Source: Chromera velia (taxonomy: Eukaryota). Taken from it: 58,254 bases of DNA. The translations under genes were made by a program, and so were the position numbers. Shown piece by piece: positions 14,898 to 26,659 of the stretch. The notes under the pieces were generated by a model. It worked only from the letters and a program-made list of their open reading frames with translations, was not told the origin of the DNA and searched no databases. Positions within the stretch are counted from its first letter, which is position 1. Each line of letters begins with the position of its first letter. The DNA is taken from contig JAHBMJ010000055.1 in assembly GCA_018398765.1 (NCBI GenBank), forward strand, positions 1 to 58,254. Direction: 5' to 3'.

Positions 14898-15482
14898 GAG
14901 GGAGGGAGGGAGGGAGAGAGACAACACACAAACACACACGCACAAACGCACACACACACACACACACACACTCACTCACTCACTCACTCACACGCTCATT
15001 CACTCACTCACTCACTCACTCACTCACTCACTCACTCACACGGTCACTCACTCACTCACTCACTCACTCACTCACTCACTCACATGTACACCTACACCTA
15101 CACACACACACACACACAGACGCACCCTCTACTCAAAGCGGACGGCAAATACCAATGCAGAGTGAGCCACCGGAACAAGGCTTCCGCACCAAACGCAATG
15201 CTGGACAAATGTGCCGTTGAGACGAAGAAGAGAAAGGGTGACCTTTTCATGCATGCAGATTTACAGAGACGCAAAAAATATATGCAGGCATGACAAAGAT
15301 ATACATGCAGCTACAGGTACCTCCCCCCTCCTTCAGTCCTTCTTTTGCCTTTCTTCTCTTTTCTACTGACTTCTGAATTCGGAATGCTGCTGGTGACTCC
15401 CAGCGGCTGCATTCTCCGGAAATCTGAGAGCCTCTGAGAGCAGCGCACCGAAAGCCAGAACGGAAACGACCAATGTGCGCAT
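406..15482 (-). CDS. Secreted/surface protein with about 10 tandem EGF-like (6-Cys) modules; at least 19 exons, 3' end outside the window
   Basis: Phase-consistent GT-AG exons: 15371-15482, 14127-14255, 11936-12044, 11314-11438, 10867-10942, 9996-10051, 9730-9811, 9100-9185, 7878-8025, 7279-7349, 5482-5661, 4738-4853, 4345-4442, 3737-3795, 2924-3124, 2273-2422, 1581-1732, 997-1111, 406-518. Exon 1 reads [21 protein letters not shown] (signal-peptide-like). Repeated C..C..C..CxC..C units, e.g. [39 protein letters not shown] and [29 protein letters not shown]. Confidence 0.82.
5852..7262. repeat. Compound (GACA/GACC)n intronic array of about 1.4 kb
   Basis: Directly visible; source of the spurious SVCL ORFs; contains two copies of CAGACTATATCGTCTTTTCACGCAAACAAACAGA. 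Confidence 0.95.
8536..8900. repeat. (CTGT/CTGC)n intronic microsatellite
   Basis: Directly visible. Confidence 0.95.
11520..11558. other. Assembly gap (N run); further gaps at 41667-41678 and 48783-48886
   Basis: N characters; all lie in predicted introns next to G/C-rich low-complexity runs. Confidence 0.99.
12330..12930. repeat. (GAAA)n compound intronic microsatellite
   Basis: Directly visible. Confidence 0.95.
13026..14126. repeat. (GACT)n/(GCCT)n array of about 1.1 kb; reads (GTCA)n on the sense strand starting at the intron-2 donor
   Basis: Directly visible; abuts the exon end at 14127. Confidence 0.95.
14815..15120. repeat. (CA)n/(GGGA)n/(CACT)n compound microsatellite
   Basis: Directly visible. 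Confidence 0.9.
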
Positions 15483-16283
15483 CGTCCCGGATAGAGCACG
15501 CCCTCCCCTCCGCATGTTCGTTATGCTTTGCAGACAGGTTCGACTGTTCCCTTTATGGCACAGTCACGCAGATCAGGTAGTTCTCTTGTAGTGGAGGTTT
15601 CTGGATCTCGGTGTATCGGTCTATCGTCCTCAGTCTTCACGTGCGGTTGGTAGATCCTCGGTTCGGTTGTCTCGTCGGTCTCGATCTCTCAGGCAAATTT
15701 GCCTCCAGCGTCTGCGCTCGAGAGACACCCGGGAAAGCTCCGTAAAATGCAGAAGAATCTACACAGCACGGCACACAGGGATCAAGCGAGGTAGAGGAAT
15801 CACATATATAGAGTATATCGACCTAATAATTTCAATACGTATTAGAATACAATTGCATGCTTGGACATGCGAAGTATCGATGCGTACATGCAGCTGTGTA
15901 TAGTGTTTCGCACATATTTTCGCACCGATATACGCACACGCGTACAAGCCGGCCGGTTGGGGACGAACTGACGCACGCCGACGCGTCCAGGGTCCCAGAA
16001 GGCAGGCTTTCGCGAATTGAGCTGCATGGACGTCACACCCCTATAGCTGCATTCGGTTAATTCAGACCTCGGATCCGAATTCGTGTTCCTTCTTTCTTAA
16101 CGCGACAAATTCTGCTTTCGGACAGAGTCATCAGTGAAAATTCCCTTCTTTTGACTCCTGATTGTGCGTTGCATATGGTCTGAATCGGCTCGGAGTTGGA
16201 TTCACTGGTCGGTGAAACTGACTCTCTTGTCAGTGACTGACCCACTGAGTGAAATCTTGTGTCCTCACACCTTGATCAGGCAA
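15483..16283. promoter_or_regulatory. Putative bidirectional promoter (EGF-repeat gene / CPR)
   Basis: About 800 bp between divergent ATGs; microsatellite-free; contains CCTATAGCTGC (16040-16050) and TGCATG motifs. Confidence 0.5.
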
Positions 16284-18931
16284 ATGGACACCAAATCTCT
16301 CAGCAGCCTGGTGGCCTTCGGGGCTGCCGCTGCTGCTGCTGGACTAACAATTTACTTTCTGACTCGACGCACGCAAGAAGAGGAGGAGAAGAGAACCAGT
16401 CAGGGTGCAGTCATGGCCTTCTCGTCTTTTGACGAAGCGCCTGACGAGAACACCGTGTTCATCTATTTTGGCTCTCAGACAGGGACGGCTGAGGCCTTTG
16501 CAAAGGACATTGCCACCCAGGCCGAAGAGAGACAGCTCGAGGCCGAAATCATTGACCTTGAGGATTTCAACCCCAAAGTTCTCGCCAAACAGAAGTATGC
16601 CGTTTTCCTTGTGGCAACATACGGCGAGGGAGACCCGACAGACAACGCGGTTGCTTTCCACAAGTGGCTGACGAATAAGAATACAGAGGCTGACCTTTCG
16701 CCTCTTCTCTTTGCAGTCATGGGGTTGGGTAACCGACAGTACATGCACTTCAATGAGATGGCCAAGAAGGTCGAGCGGCACCTGTCAAGGTTTGGGGCCC
16801 GGAATATCTGTAAGAGGGGGGAGGGGGATGACGATCAAGACATCGAGGCCGATTTCAACGACTGGTCCTCCAAACACCTCTGGCCCGCCCTAGAGCGTGC
16901 TTTCCGCTCCCCCTCCGCAGTAGCATCTCCCAAAATGGGGGCAACACCCGTCTCCTCCAACATCCCCCCTTGGGCAAAGAAAGCGCCCCTGAAGATCAAG
17001 TTCTTGGATAAGAACGCACCCACTCCCCCACCACCCGCGAAGGGGGTGACGGGTACAGACACGCATGCGCGATTTTATTTCCACAGCAAGATTGTGCCTG
17101 TAGCAGTGGATAGAGAGCTGCGTCAAGTTGCAGATTCCCATGCAGGGCTGACGACCAAGCACGTGGAGTTTGACCTGTCTAGCGCTCGCACACCGCCAGG
17201 TGTGCCTTCTGGCAGTTCAGACACGGAGACAGACTCTAGCTCACCTGCAGCTGCAGGGAGGGGGGGGGCGTCTCCTGGGAGGAGGGAGGGGGGGTTGACT
17301 TACCACACTGCAGACAATCTTGACGTGCTGCCTGAAAATGAGACGGCAGTTGTTGAGTGGTTTGCAGAGCGTTTGGGTGTGTCTAAGCAGTTAGATTCGT
17401 TGATTTGTTTTGAGCATGGTTTTGGGTCTGAGGATTCAGGGAAGCGTCCCTTCCCAACACCCTGCTCTGTCCGATATGCTCTCACACGATTTTGCGATTT
17501 GTGTGGACTGCCGACGAAGAGTCAGTTGAGAGATTTTGCGCATTTCGTTCAGGACGATGAAGAGAAGGAGGCACTTCTCGAACTTTTGGGAGAGGGGGGG
17601 GTGAGAGCTTTTAGAAAGCATGTGAAGGAGCCGGAGTTGAGTTTGAGGGAGTTTATGGAAATATTCATGACCAGTGCGGAATTTGATCTCGCCGCATTTC
17701 TCCAACTCTGTCCACGACAGAAACCCCGACCGTACACCATTTCGTCTTCTTCAGTCGAGTCGCCCACACAGGTCGCCGTGACAGTTTCCCGAGTCGCCAA
17801 CGACCTGCCCCCCCTGAAGCCCCACCTTCAGTCTTTGAAGGACGACGGCCTCCTTCCCGCCCTCGATGCATCCAAACTCGCCGAAATCTCCGAGAGGGCC
17901 CGCACGTTTCGGGGCGTTTGTTCCTCCTTCCTCTGTTGTCGGCTTGACCACTCACCGGCAGTGCAGGTAGGCGTGAAGCAGTCCTCTTTCCGTTTGCCTG
18001 AAGACCCCAAAGTGCCCATCATCATGGTGGCAGCAGGCACGGGGCTCGCCCCCATGCGTGCGTTCGTACGCGAGTTGCGGCACCGTAGGCAGGTGGGGGG
18101 TCCGAGCTCGTGCCCATCAGAGGTGGTGCTGTTCTTCGGCTGTCAGCACGAGGAAAAGGACTACATCTACAAAGATGAACTGCAGGCAGCACTAAAGGAC
18201 GGCATCCTGTCCGACTTGGTCCTCGCCTTCTCGAGATTGCAGGTGGGTGCATGGGGGGTTGGAAGGGGGGTTTCGTTTGTTTGTTTGTTTTGTTTGGCTT
18301 TCCTTGATGTGGATGGCTGTGTCAAGAGAAGGCGTGAATGTGATTTCATGGCCTGAATGTTGCCCGGCACGGGGAAAACGAATTTCATTGTTTGAACCGA
18401 GTAGAAGGAAGTTCTGTTGTGCTTGCTGGGCGCATTTCAGATGGTTCCACCGATGCTGCGAGCAATAAGGGCATTGGCCTCTGTGTGCATTTCTGTTCTT
18501 CGTCTATTTGGGTGTGTTGTCTGGAATGAGGGAGAGAGAGCTAAGTCCGTTTTTGTTGATGCTGAAGATTTTTTCACACACCGTGTTCGCTTCTTCTTGC
18601 ACTGGCTGGCTATGCAGAGAGACCGTGGGACTGACTGTATCCATAGAACCAACACAAATGCATTGATTTCTACCGTGACTGCTTTGTCTTCCCTTTCTTC
18701 CCCGACGTGCAGGCCGAAAAGGTGTACGTGCAGCACCGAGTGAAAGAGCACGGCAAGCGGGTGGTGGAACTGTGCAGCAAGGGAGGGTACCTGTTTGTGT
18801 GTGGAGGCACCGCCATGGGGCGGTCTGTGCGTGAGGCCCTCGAGGAGGTATCGGTTGCGGAGACGGGCAGCAGCACGCTGGTGGATCAGATGGGCGAAGA
18901 GAGGAGAATTGTCGAGGAACTCTGGGCCTAA
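16284..18931 (+). CDS. CPR: NADPH-cytochrome P450 reductase (diflavin reductase), 2 exons: 16284-18242 and 18713-18931
   Basis: N-terminal hydrophobic anchor; FMN motifs FGSQTGTAE, ATYGEGDPTDNA and GLGNRQYMHFN; FAD motifs RPYTISSS and GVCSSFL; NADPH motifs AAGTGLAPMRAF, LFFGCQH, KVYVQH and LFVCG; penultimate Trp (EELWA*). Intron CAG|GTGGGT...TGCAG|GCC is phase 0. Confidence 0.95.
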
Positions 18932-19230
18932 TAGGGTGAAGAGAGGAGACGTGCGTCGATTGAGAATTCGGGGAGGGGGTGGGGCGGGGCGGGGCGACTT
19001 TTTTCATTCATTCGTTCACATTCATCTATTTTTCCTTCTTTTCATTGCGGGAGGGATCTGTCGGGTGGTGATCTCTCTGTACGTGCGTGCGTGTGTGTGC
19101 GTCTGTCTGCATTGGAGGAAGAAAAGGGGAAGGAAGAGGGGAAGCAAGGAATGTCTTCCTCGCTTCACTTTTTTTTTTGTCTGCGTGTCTCTCGGCCTGT
19201 CTGTGCGTGCGTGCGTGCGTGCGTGCGTGC

Positions 19231-19268
<38 letters not shown>

Positions 19269-21370
19269 GTCCGTCTACCTGTTTTGACAGAAATGTTAGG
19301 GATGAGAAATAAAGACGAGACAGAAGGTGTGCCGGGTTTGCATGCTTGGATAGTTTGCGTGAGGAGAGGGAAGGCCCCCCCTGGGGTGGGCGAGTGAGAG
19401 AGAATCGCAGTGCAGTGAAGTGACAATTAAAAATGTGATTGCATGATTTGATCTGATCGTACTATATGATTTGGTGGATTTGAGTGAATCATCGACACAG
19501 ACTTTCTTTTTCCTTTTTGGAGGGCTGGCTGGCTTTTCTGTGTTCCTTGCTGTGTTTTGTATTGACCGTATAGCCCTGCAAGCAAGGGCGGGCTTGCCTC
19601 CCTCTCTCCTTCCAGTTTGTGCGCAGATCAGTACAGATGAGTGAGGCAGGTGTCCGAGACGCTAAGTTGAAGTAGAGGTAGGCAGGCTGGGTGGGGTCGT
19701 GGTGATGGTTTCTGTTTTGTTTGTTGTTCGTCTGCGTGTGCAGTCTGTTTGACGTCTGCTTTGCTTGCGCGATGCGTGTGCCTTCCTGTGTAGATTTTTG
19801 CAAACCGTTATGATGTTGCGTCTCTTTCGATCTCTTTCGATGCATGTCCATCTGTCTGTCTGCCTGCCTGCTTGCCTGGCTGGTTTTTTTGTTGTTTGAA
19901 GGAGGGAATCAAGAGAAGAGAAAGAGAAGAAGGGTCAATGGGCAATCAAGTAGTCAGACAGCAAGCAGGACCGGCCCTTTCAGAAAGAGCAGCAGAACTC
20001 GGAGTCGGAGAGGGACCCTCTCTCTCTCTTAGAGCAAGGCAGACAAGAGAAGAGACGGCTGTGGAAAGGAGGGACACGTTGCGGTTTGGGTTGGTATGTT
20101 GAATGGGCGAGGGAGGGAGAGCTTGGAGGGGCGGGCGTCCAGAGGTGTGGTGGAGGGTGCAGCTTCATTCCTGTCTTCGCCTCTTCCTTAATTCCTTCAA
20201 TTAGCGACTGTGCTTGCATTGCATGTCGTTCTCTTTATCTTTGTATGATGTAAAAAAAACTGCACGTTGATCGATGATCGATGCATGCATCAGAGCTTTG
20301 GGGGACATCAGAGCTGTGAAGCCGCACTTTGGTGATCCCTCCCTCCCTCCGACTCTGGAAGGAAGGAAGGAAGACTGATTTTTGAGGGGCAGATCGAGGG
20401 TGAGTGGGTGGGTGGGTGGGTATACTGCACGCAGGCGCAAGCAGACAAGCAAGCAAGCACCCGGTCGGTCGACTGATCGAATGCATCGATCGGTCGGTCG
20501 GTCGGTCGGTCGGTCTTTTGAGCTGGACCTTGGCAGGTCTGTCGATGAATGTTTCTGATGCATGTGCGTGTTGAAATGGAGAAACTGGAAAGGAATGAAT
20601 GAATGAAGTCGTTGGTCGGTCACTGTGGAAGGAATCTATTCTATGTGACGGGAATTAGGAAACAAGCAATGATGCAGGAGGAGGGAGGGAGGGAATGCGG
20701 ACGCAATTTAAATGAGGAATGAATGCTGCAGGTAAAGCGTTCGCTCGTTCTTTGCCTTTCTTGAATTCAAAGCAGGAGCTGGATTTCAAGCGCTAAAATT
20801 CGATCGATCGATTCAGTCGCAGTCGCGAATTCAAAAGAAGCTTCCATGGGAAAAAGAAGGCAGGGTGGAAGGAGAAAAAAAACATTCAGTACACTGTCAA
20901 AGGCTCACGGTGTTCAGGGCGGTGTGACGCTTCGAAGATCCAACATGCGTGGTCGACTTGCACGCATGACCCGCACACGTCACGTCGCTCTTGTGCGTGC
21001 CGAACACACACACATACACGTCTCCTGGTCTCACCCGTGTATCGGTACAACCAGGAGCCTGCCAGGAGCTAGGGCTTATTGGCCGTGGGCACAGCGAAGT
21101 TCCTGATTGGCCCTTGCGGCGCGCTGCACGCCGTTCCAGAACTTGGACCGCAAAGAGGAATTGCTTTGGTGCAGTCTGTAGCAAAAGGGTCTCTCCCGGG
21201 GCCGCCTGTGACGTTCCCTCACGCACAGGCGGCACAGCAAGCAACAAACTGTAGTACCAGGATGTCTCGTTACGACTCTCGTATGCTTTGATAGGTACAC
21301 ATTTTTTAGAGCCCCTTTTACGATGATTTTCCTGTAAAATGCTTTTAGTGTTTGCAGTAGCTTTGTCACT

Positions 21371-22695
21371 ACCATGGGCGACATAAGTTTTGTATACTCA
21401 TCTTTTGACCTCTCTAGCGCCAATGAAATATAACAAGAAGTAACCATTTATACAATTAAATTAGTAAGCTATAACAGTTTCAATCAGATGTTAATTAGGG
21501 GTTGTGGGGAGAATGTGTCTTAAATATAAGTAAACTTATTTTTTCTGAAGTGACCGATCGACCAAGCCTATAAAAAGTAAGACATAAATTTATAATTCAA
21601 TCTAGCTTTGCCAATTGAGGACGTATAAAGCCAATTACTTTAAAGTAATACTTTATGCTGTATCTACTTCTATTCTAGCCTGCTTGATCCAGTGTCGACT
21701 TCAAAAACGAATCTTCGCCAACTCCACAAAAAAATATACAATACTTTTGTCGCCCATGGTGTTGATCGAGCAAACTTTCGACAAGAACATACAAAAGAAC
21801 AAATAAAAAAATATAATAAAAATATGATTGTCAAGCGGTAAGAATTTGAAAGAAGACAATGTATGATTTGTTTGATAGAAGTGATCTTTACTTGATTTAT
21901 TGTAAGTCAAACTTTTGTTGTTCTGAATTTTACTAACATATAGAAACTTAGTTTTTATTTTTTTAGGTTCAAATCATTATACAGTCGAACACATTTACTC
22001 TTTTTTGTGAGGAACAAAGTACATTGAACCTTTTTATAATAGAGCTTTTCTGATAGTTTAGCTTCTCTAGTTTAAATGAGTTGATATAGGAAAAAAGTGA
22101 TTTCACACCTTATCAGTATCAAAATGTTCTCTATAATCAAGAAGCCCTCTATACAATCAACTGATTTCAAGAAAAACAAAACGTTCATAAAGAAATAAAA
22201 CAAATAAGCGCTTATAGTAAATAGACTCTTAGTGAGTTGAGTTTAATTCAACTTTGAATAAAATATGTGTTTCACAAAAAAAAAAGATCCACTTTTGGGG
22301 TCAATACCATGGGCGACATAAGTTTTGTATACTCATCTTTTGACCTCTCTAGCGCCAATGAAATATAACAAGAAGTAAACATTTATACAATTAAATTAGT
22401 AAGCTATAACAGTTTCAATCAGGTGTTAATTAGGGGTTGTGGGGAGAATGTGTCTCAAATATAAGTAAACTTATTTTTTCTGAAGTGACCGATCGACCAA
22501 GCCTATAAAAAGTAAGACATAAATTTATAATTCAATCTAGCTTTGCCAATTGAGGACGTATAAAGCCAATTACTTTAAAGTAATACTTTATGCTGTATCT
22601 ACTTCTATTCTAGCCTGCTTGATCCAGTGTCGACTTCAAAAACGAATCTTCGCCAACTCCACAAAAAAATATACAATACTTTTGTCGCCCATGGT
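21371..22695. mobile_element. Two near-identical 390-bp AT-rich TIR-bounded units (21371-21760, 22306-22695) in direct orientation around a 545-bp spacer
   Basis: About 3 differences seen between the copies. Each starts ACCATGGGCGACA and ends TGTCGCCCATGGT. The outer ends extend to ACTACCATGGG...CCCATGGTAGT. Confidence 0.75.
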
Positions 22696-22824
22696 AGTAT
22701 ACATATATTTTGTATAGTTCTACAATCTAATTTATAGTCTACCGTGTGCATGTGAACGGCCGGGGTTGCTCCGAGTCTGCCAACAGAGCTGCATGCGGTA
22801 GCCAAAACGATAGCTAATTATTTG

Positions 22825-23229
22825 AAAATTTTACTTCTCTGATACTACAAGACACTTGATCGTGGGAGTTGCTGGCGCGGACCGACTTGATAGTCCGCGT
22901 CGCAGCATAGTCCGCGTCACAGACGCGGACTATGTCTTGATGGTCCGCATCGCAAACGCGGACTATGGGTTGATTGCGGACTATAGCTAAGCCTTAATAT
23001 TGTTTATCGTTCTACGGGTTCAAGCCGCCGGCCCCGGGTTTAAGAAAGCTGTTATTAATAAGATGCGCGCGGAATGCGCGTGCGGAATGGCGTGAGGAGG
23101 GGTCGCGCTGCAGCGCCAGCGGCCTAAGTCGCTGTCGCGGACTGTCTTGATCGGCCGTGCTGCAGGCGCGGACAAGTTGATAGCTCTTCACTTCACGTGT
23201 CCTGTAGTATCAGGGGGGTCAAAAATTTT
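22825..23229. mobile_element. MITE-like element with imperfect TIRs and many subterminal GCGGAC(TAT) motifs
   Basis: CTGATACTACAAGACACTTGA (22839-22859) matches the reverse complement of 23193-23213 at 19/21 positions, with AAAATTTT outside both. GCGGACTAT/ATAGTCCGC repeats occur inside in both orientations. No ORF. Confidence 0.6.
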
Positions 23230-23527
23230 ACTAATTTATTTTAATGCACATATGAATTGAAAGCATATATAAATATATGCAAATATGAGCAATGTGGCAA
23301 GCTTCGTATTCAATAAACCCAGTTAGAAATAGATTATCACCCAGTTAGAAAGTTTTTTATGTATTATAGTAGAAAATAGTAGATTAAGTGATAAGTGATT
23401 TAGTCGTGTTCTAGAGCATAGTCACCGTTTTGTCTTATAGAGTGCAATTTATTCATGGTGATTCAATTAACATTATAACACTAGGCTCTCCTATTTCTTT
23501 CTACTTGTTTATCATATTTTTGTTTGA

Positions 23528-23733
23528 TATCGATCCCCCCCTAAAAAAAAAAAAACTTTGCGTATGATTTCAGGGCCTCATGAGCCGGGATCTCGGCTAA
23601 TTTCAGCAAGGCTGAGCTGTCCCCCGAGGTGATCGATCCCCCTTCCTATAAAAAAAAGATGATCGAGCTTACATGCTTGTGATCTCAGCTATAGGGCCTC
23701 TCGGCTGAAGCTGAGCTGCCCCCGGAGGTGATG
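23528..23733. repeat. Imperfect tandem duplication of about 100 bp
   Basis: The blocks ATCGATCCCCC, poly-A, AGGGCCTC and GCTGAGCTG..CCC.GAGGTGAT each occur twice in the same order. Confidence 0.6.
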
Positions 23734-24436
23734 ACCCCAGAAAGCATAGCGTGGGGTACTTACAAAACACTCTACCTAAGAGCCCCCCGGAGCCTCCTTG
23801 CAAATACGCGCTGACGCTGCGCACTGACGAACCTTGCGCGTCGCATGCATGTCACAAACGAAAAAAAAGGCCCCGGAAAGCACCGGAAAGTTGGGGGGGC
23901 ACTTATCCGTCGCGGTGTACGAAGAAGGATGGATTTCGCGCTTTCCGGGGTCGTTCGCACGCTTGCGTGCGTCAGATCGGGGGGGGGGCGGGGGACCTCA
24001 AAATTCGGTAATTCTTTATAGTGTCTTTCTGGTCCTGTGTCGGCATCTTGCCTATAGGCATAGGTCGATCCAATTCGGTAATTCATCCAAATTGACTGAC
24101 CTTTCCTAAAAATTTTGCTGCATGCACATTTTGCGGCATGAACTTTCGATCTCTGATGCAATGATTGTCTGCAGCTGCACGCCACAAGTCTTGCGTGTAA
24201 CGCTGCGTGTAGATAAGCGGTTTTCTTTCAGCAACAGCTTGGCCTGAATTCGCGATTCAGGGTGCTGCGGAGACGTTTGCAGATTTCTTCCTCCTGCTTC
24301 ACTGTCTCCATTCCATGTGTCTTGCATCGCTCCACCAGTTGCCCGATAGTCTTTCATCCAAGCACCAAATCCTTACGCTTTGTTTGGAACATTTCAGGAG
24401 ACAAAAGCTTGCACCAATCGCTGTGAGGCAGGACAA

Positions 24437-26302
24437 ATGGGTTGCGGGGCCTCTGCCTTGGCACAAGATGGTGGAGTGGTAGCAGGGGGTGTCTACGAAA
24501 ACGTGAAGACGTCAGAAGAGCCGGCCGTCCGGTCTGTTGTCGGTGGTAGCTCTGCAGTGTTTGTCAGAGACGCGCCCCGACTTCAACCTCACGTTCGAAA
24601 TGTATTCACGAAAGCACTTTCCGTGGGGGGTGAGGGGTCGTATGGCGACCCCTGGTCTGACGGCTCCTCTTTGGCGGCGCCGTGGCCAGAGGGGACCCCC
24701 TTTGGTCACGTCGTGGGGCCCTCGAACCGTCCCTCTGGGTATTGGGGAGGATGGTAGACGCCTGCTCGGTTGGAATTCAACTTTGACAGATCTAAGCCTG
24801 TGGGGTTGAGCAGAGTACAGCTTTTCTGGCGGTGGGACGCAAGGCCGTGTGAGTACTCAGTCACAGTCGAGCAGATTGGGGCTCCACCAATGACAGTCAA
24901 GTTTGACTCTGCATCTGACGGCGAAGAAAGGGAAGAGACGATGGAGGGACCCCAACGTATTGACATTCTGTCATTGAAGTCAGACTCTGTGCTGCGTGTG
25001 GTGATTGAAGTGCAAAAGTTGTCAGACGAAGCAGCAGAATTTCAATTGACCCGATTGCAGGGATTTCCCTCTCCTTGTGCTCCTCTGTATACCGTTTTGA
25101 ACTGTGTATGGGTGGAGACGGGCAGCTTTGAAGGAATGGAGAATCTCCACCCGCCCGGTTCCGTTCCGCCTCTCCGAGAGGATATTGACCTCTCTTGGTC
25201 TGCCGTATTCTGGGAAGTGGAAGACTTCGAGCCCGCCCTCCACCTGTACCGTTTCTCAGACGCTTGTGCGCATTCGCTGGCAGAGAACGGTTTCTTTCCC
25301 GATCGTTGTCCTTCCATAGAGAAAAGAGAGGCTTCGCTCGTCGTGCGCGTGCCCATTCCTCGTATAGGAGAGGATGGGAAGAGGGAAGCACAAGAGGGGG
25401 CACTTGAAAGTGGAATGAAGAAAGTCATCAAGACTTGGTTGGATTCCACAGCTGGGTCGACTTTTTTTGTGTTGCGTGCTTTGGGACACGGCCGAAGAGA
25501 CTCGGGGCTGTTCACTTCGCGTCTGAGGGGAGTGGGCACGTCGCGTGTGCTGGAGACCTTCAAGGAGTTGAGGGGGGGGAAGTGTTTGGACATTTTCGAT
25601 GCGAGTGGGCCGTGTGAGTCCTCGAGTGCCACGTCTCTTCGGTTGTTTGGGGGGAGAGCGTGTTGGTTTGTTGGGAGTGAATTTTCTCAAGGCAGTCTGT
25701 ATGATGAGGAAGGCCTGGGGCCGGAGGAGCTTCTGCAGAGTGTGGATGAAGAATTGCAAGAGAGGGTTTTGAGAGGAGAGCGTTGGCAGAATCTCATGAA
25801 AGAAGAGGGGAGGTTGACACCCAAAGAGTGGGTTGAGGGAACGGTGAGAGCGAGAAGGAGGACTTTTGAGAGAGTTGCGACGCTGCTTGCAGAAAGGGGG
25901 GAGGAGGCCACGCGGTCGATTCCTCTGAGTGTTGGGGGGTTTGACCTTTCCGCAGTGTCTGAATTGATGTCGATGTTGCAGGGTGTGAAGTGGAGTGAGA
26001 GACTGAGGGCCGCATGGAAGGAAATGGACTCAGGTGGGCAGTCCGACTCGGAGACCGAAAAAGACCTTCTCGATCTGCTGCAGCGAGCAGAGTCTTCTGA
26101 CAGGGGCACCGAGGGGGGAGAAAGATGCGAAGGGGAGTTGACACAGGCGTTCGCGAAGGCGAGGCCTTTCTACGTCAGCACAAGGGATCTACGCGGGAGC
26201 ATCGCGTATGGAAAAGGCGGGGCTCAGGGCGTTGCGGTAAGGAAAGTGGAAGAGCTGATTGACTCAAACGCACAATTTCGTAGCTTAACTTTGGAGCTTT
26301 GA
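24437..26302 (+). pseudogene. Intronless ORF with MGCGAS acylation motif, discoidin-like domain and clostripain-like (peptidase C11, clan CD) domain; one in-frame TAG at 24755-24757
   Basis: ORFs 24380-24757 and 24770-26302 share one frame and are separated only by the TAG. YWGGW*TPARLEFNF..LSRVQLFW..RPCEYSVTV resembles F5/8C-type strands. FFVLRALGHG, LDIFDASGPC, WFVGSE and SVGGFDLSAV resemble the His-Gly/Cys layout of clostripain-like peptidases. Motifs were recognised by eye; no search was run. Confidence 0.55.
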
Positions 26303-26404
26303 CTCATACAGGTCAAAAGGCTGACTTGAGGTGGCCTGAAACGGAACAAAAGGATCATTGATTGCATGGTTTCTAGTTGCCAAAGTTGCTAAGCAATATA
26401 AGGA

Positions 26405-26408
<4 letters not shown>

Positions 26409-26443
<35 letters not shown>

Positions 26444-26534
26444 CTCTCTCTCTCTGAGTCTCTCTCTCTCTCTGAGTCTCTCTCTCTGAGTCTCTCTCTC
26501 TCTCTCTCTCTCTCTGAGTCTCTCTCTCTCTCTG

Positions 26535-26612
<78 letters not shown>

Positions 26613-26655
26613 TGTGTGTATGTGTGTGTGCATGTGTGAACTTTGTGTGTGTGTC
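26409..26655. repeat. (CT)n with periodic GAGT interruptions, then (TG)n
   Basis: Directly visible. Confidence 0.9.
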
Positions 26656-26659
26656 TGTG

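Noticed and set aside
16164..16283. Upstream GTG start of the 730-aa ORF and its tail to 18356
   Set aside because: The eukaryotic ATG at 16284 precedes the membrane anchor; the tail after 18242 is intron read-through.
19400..21300. Possible gene or RNA gene downstream of CPR
   Set aside because: No coherent exon chain, protein motif, or tRNA/rRNA signature recognised.
24754..24789. 36-nt GT-AG intron that would remove the amber stop
   Set aside because: Splicing joins TG+A to make TGA, still a stop. A 51-nt alternative from 24739 has a weak donor and deletes the domain core; unlikely but not excluded.
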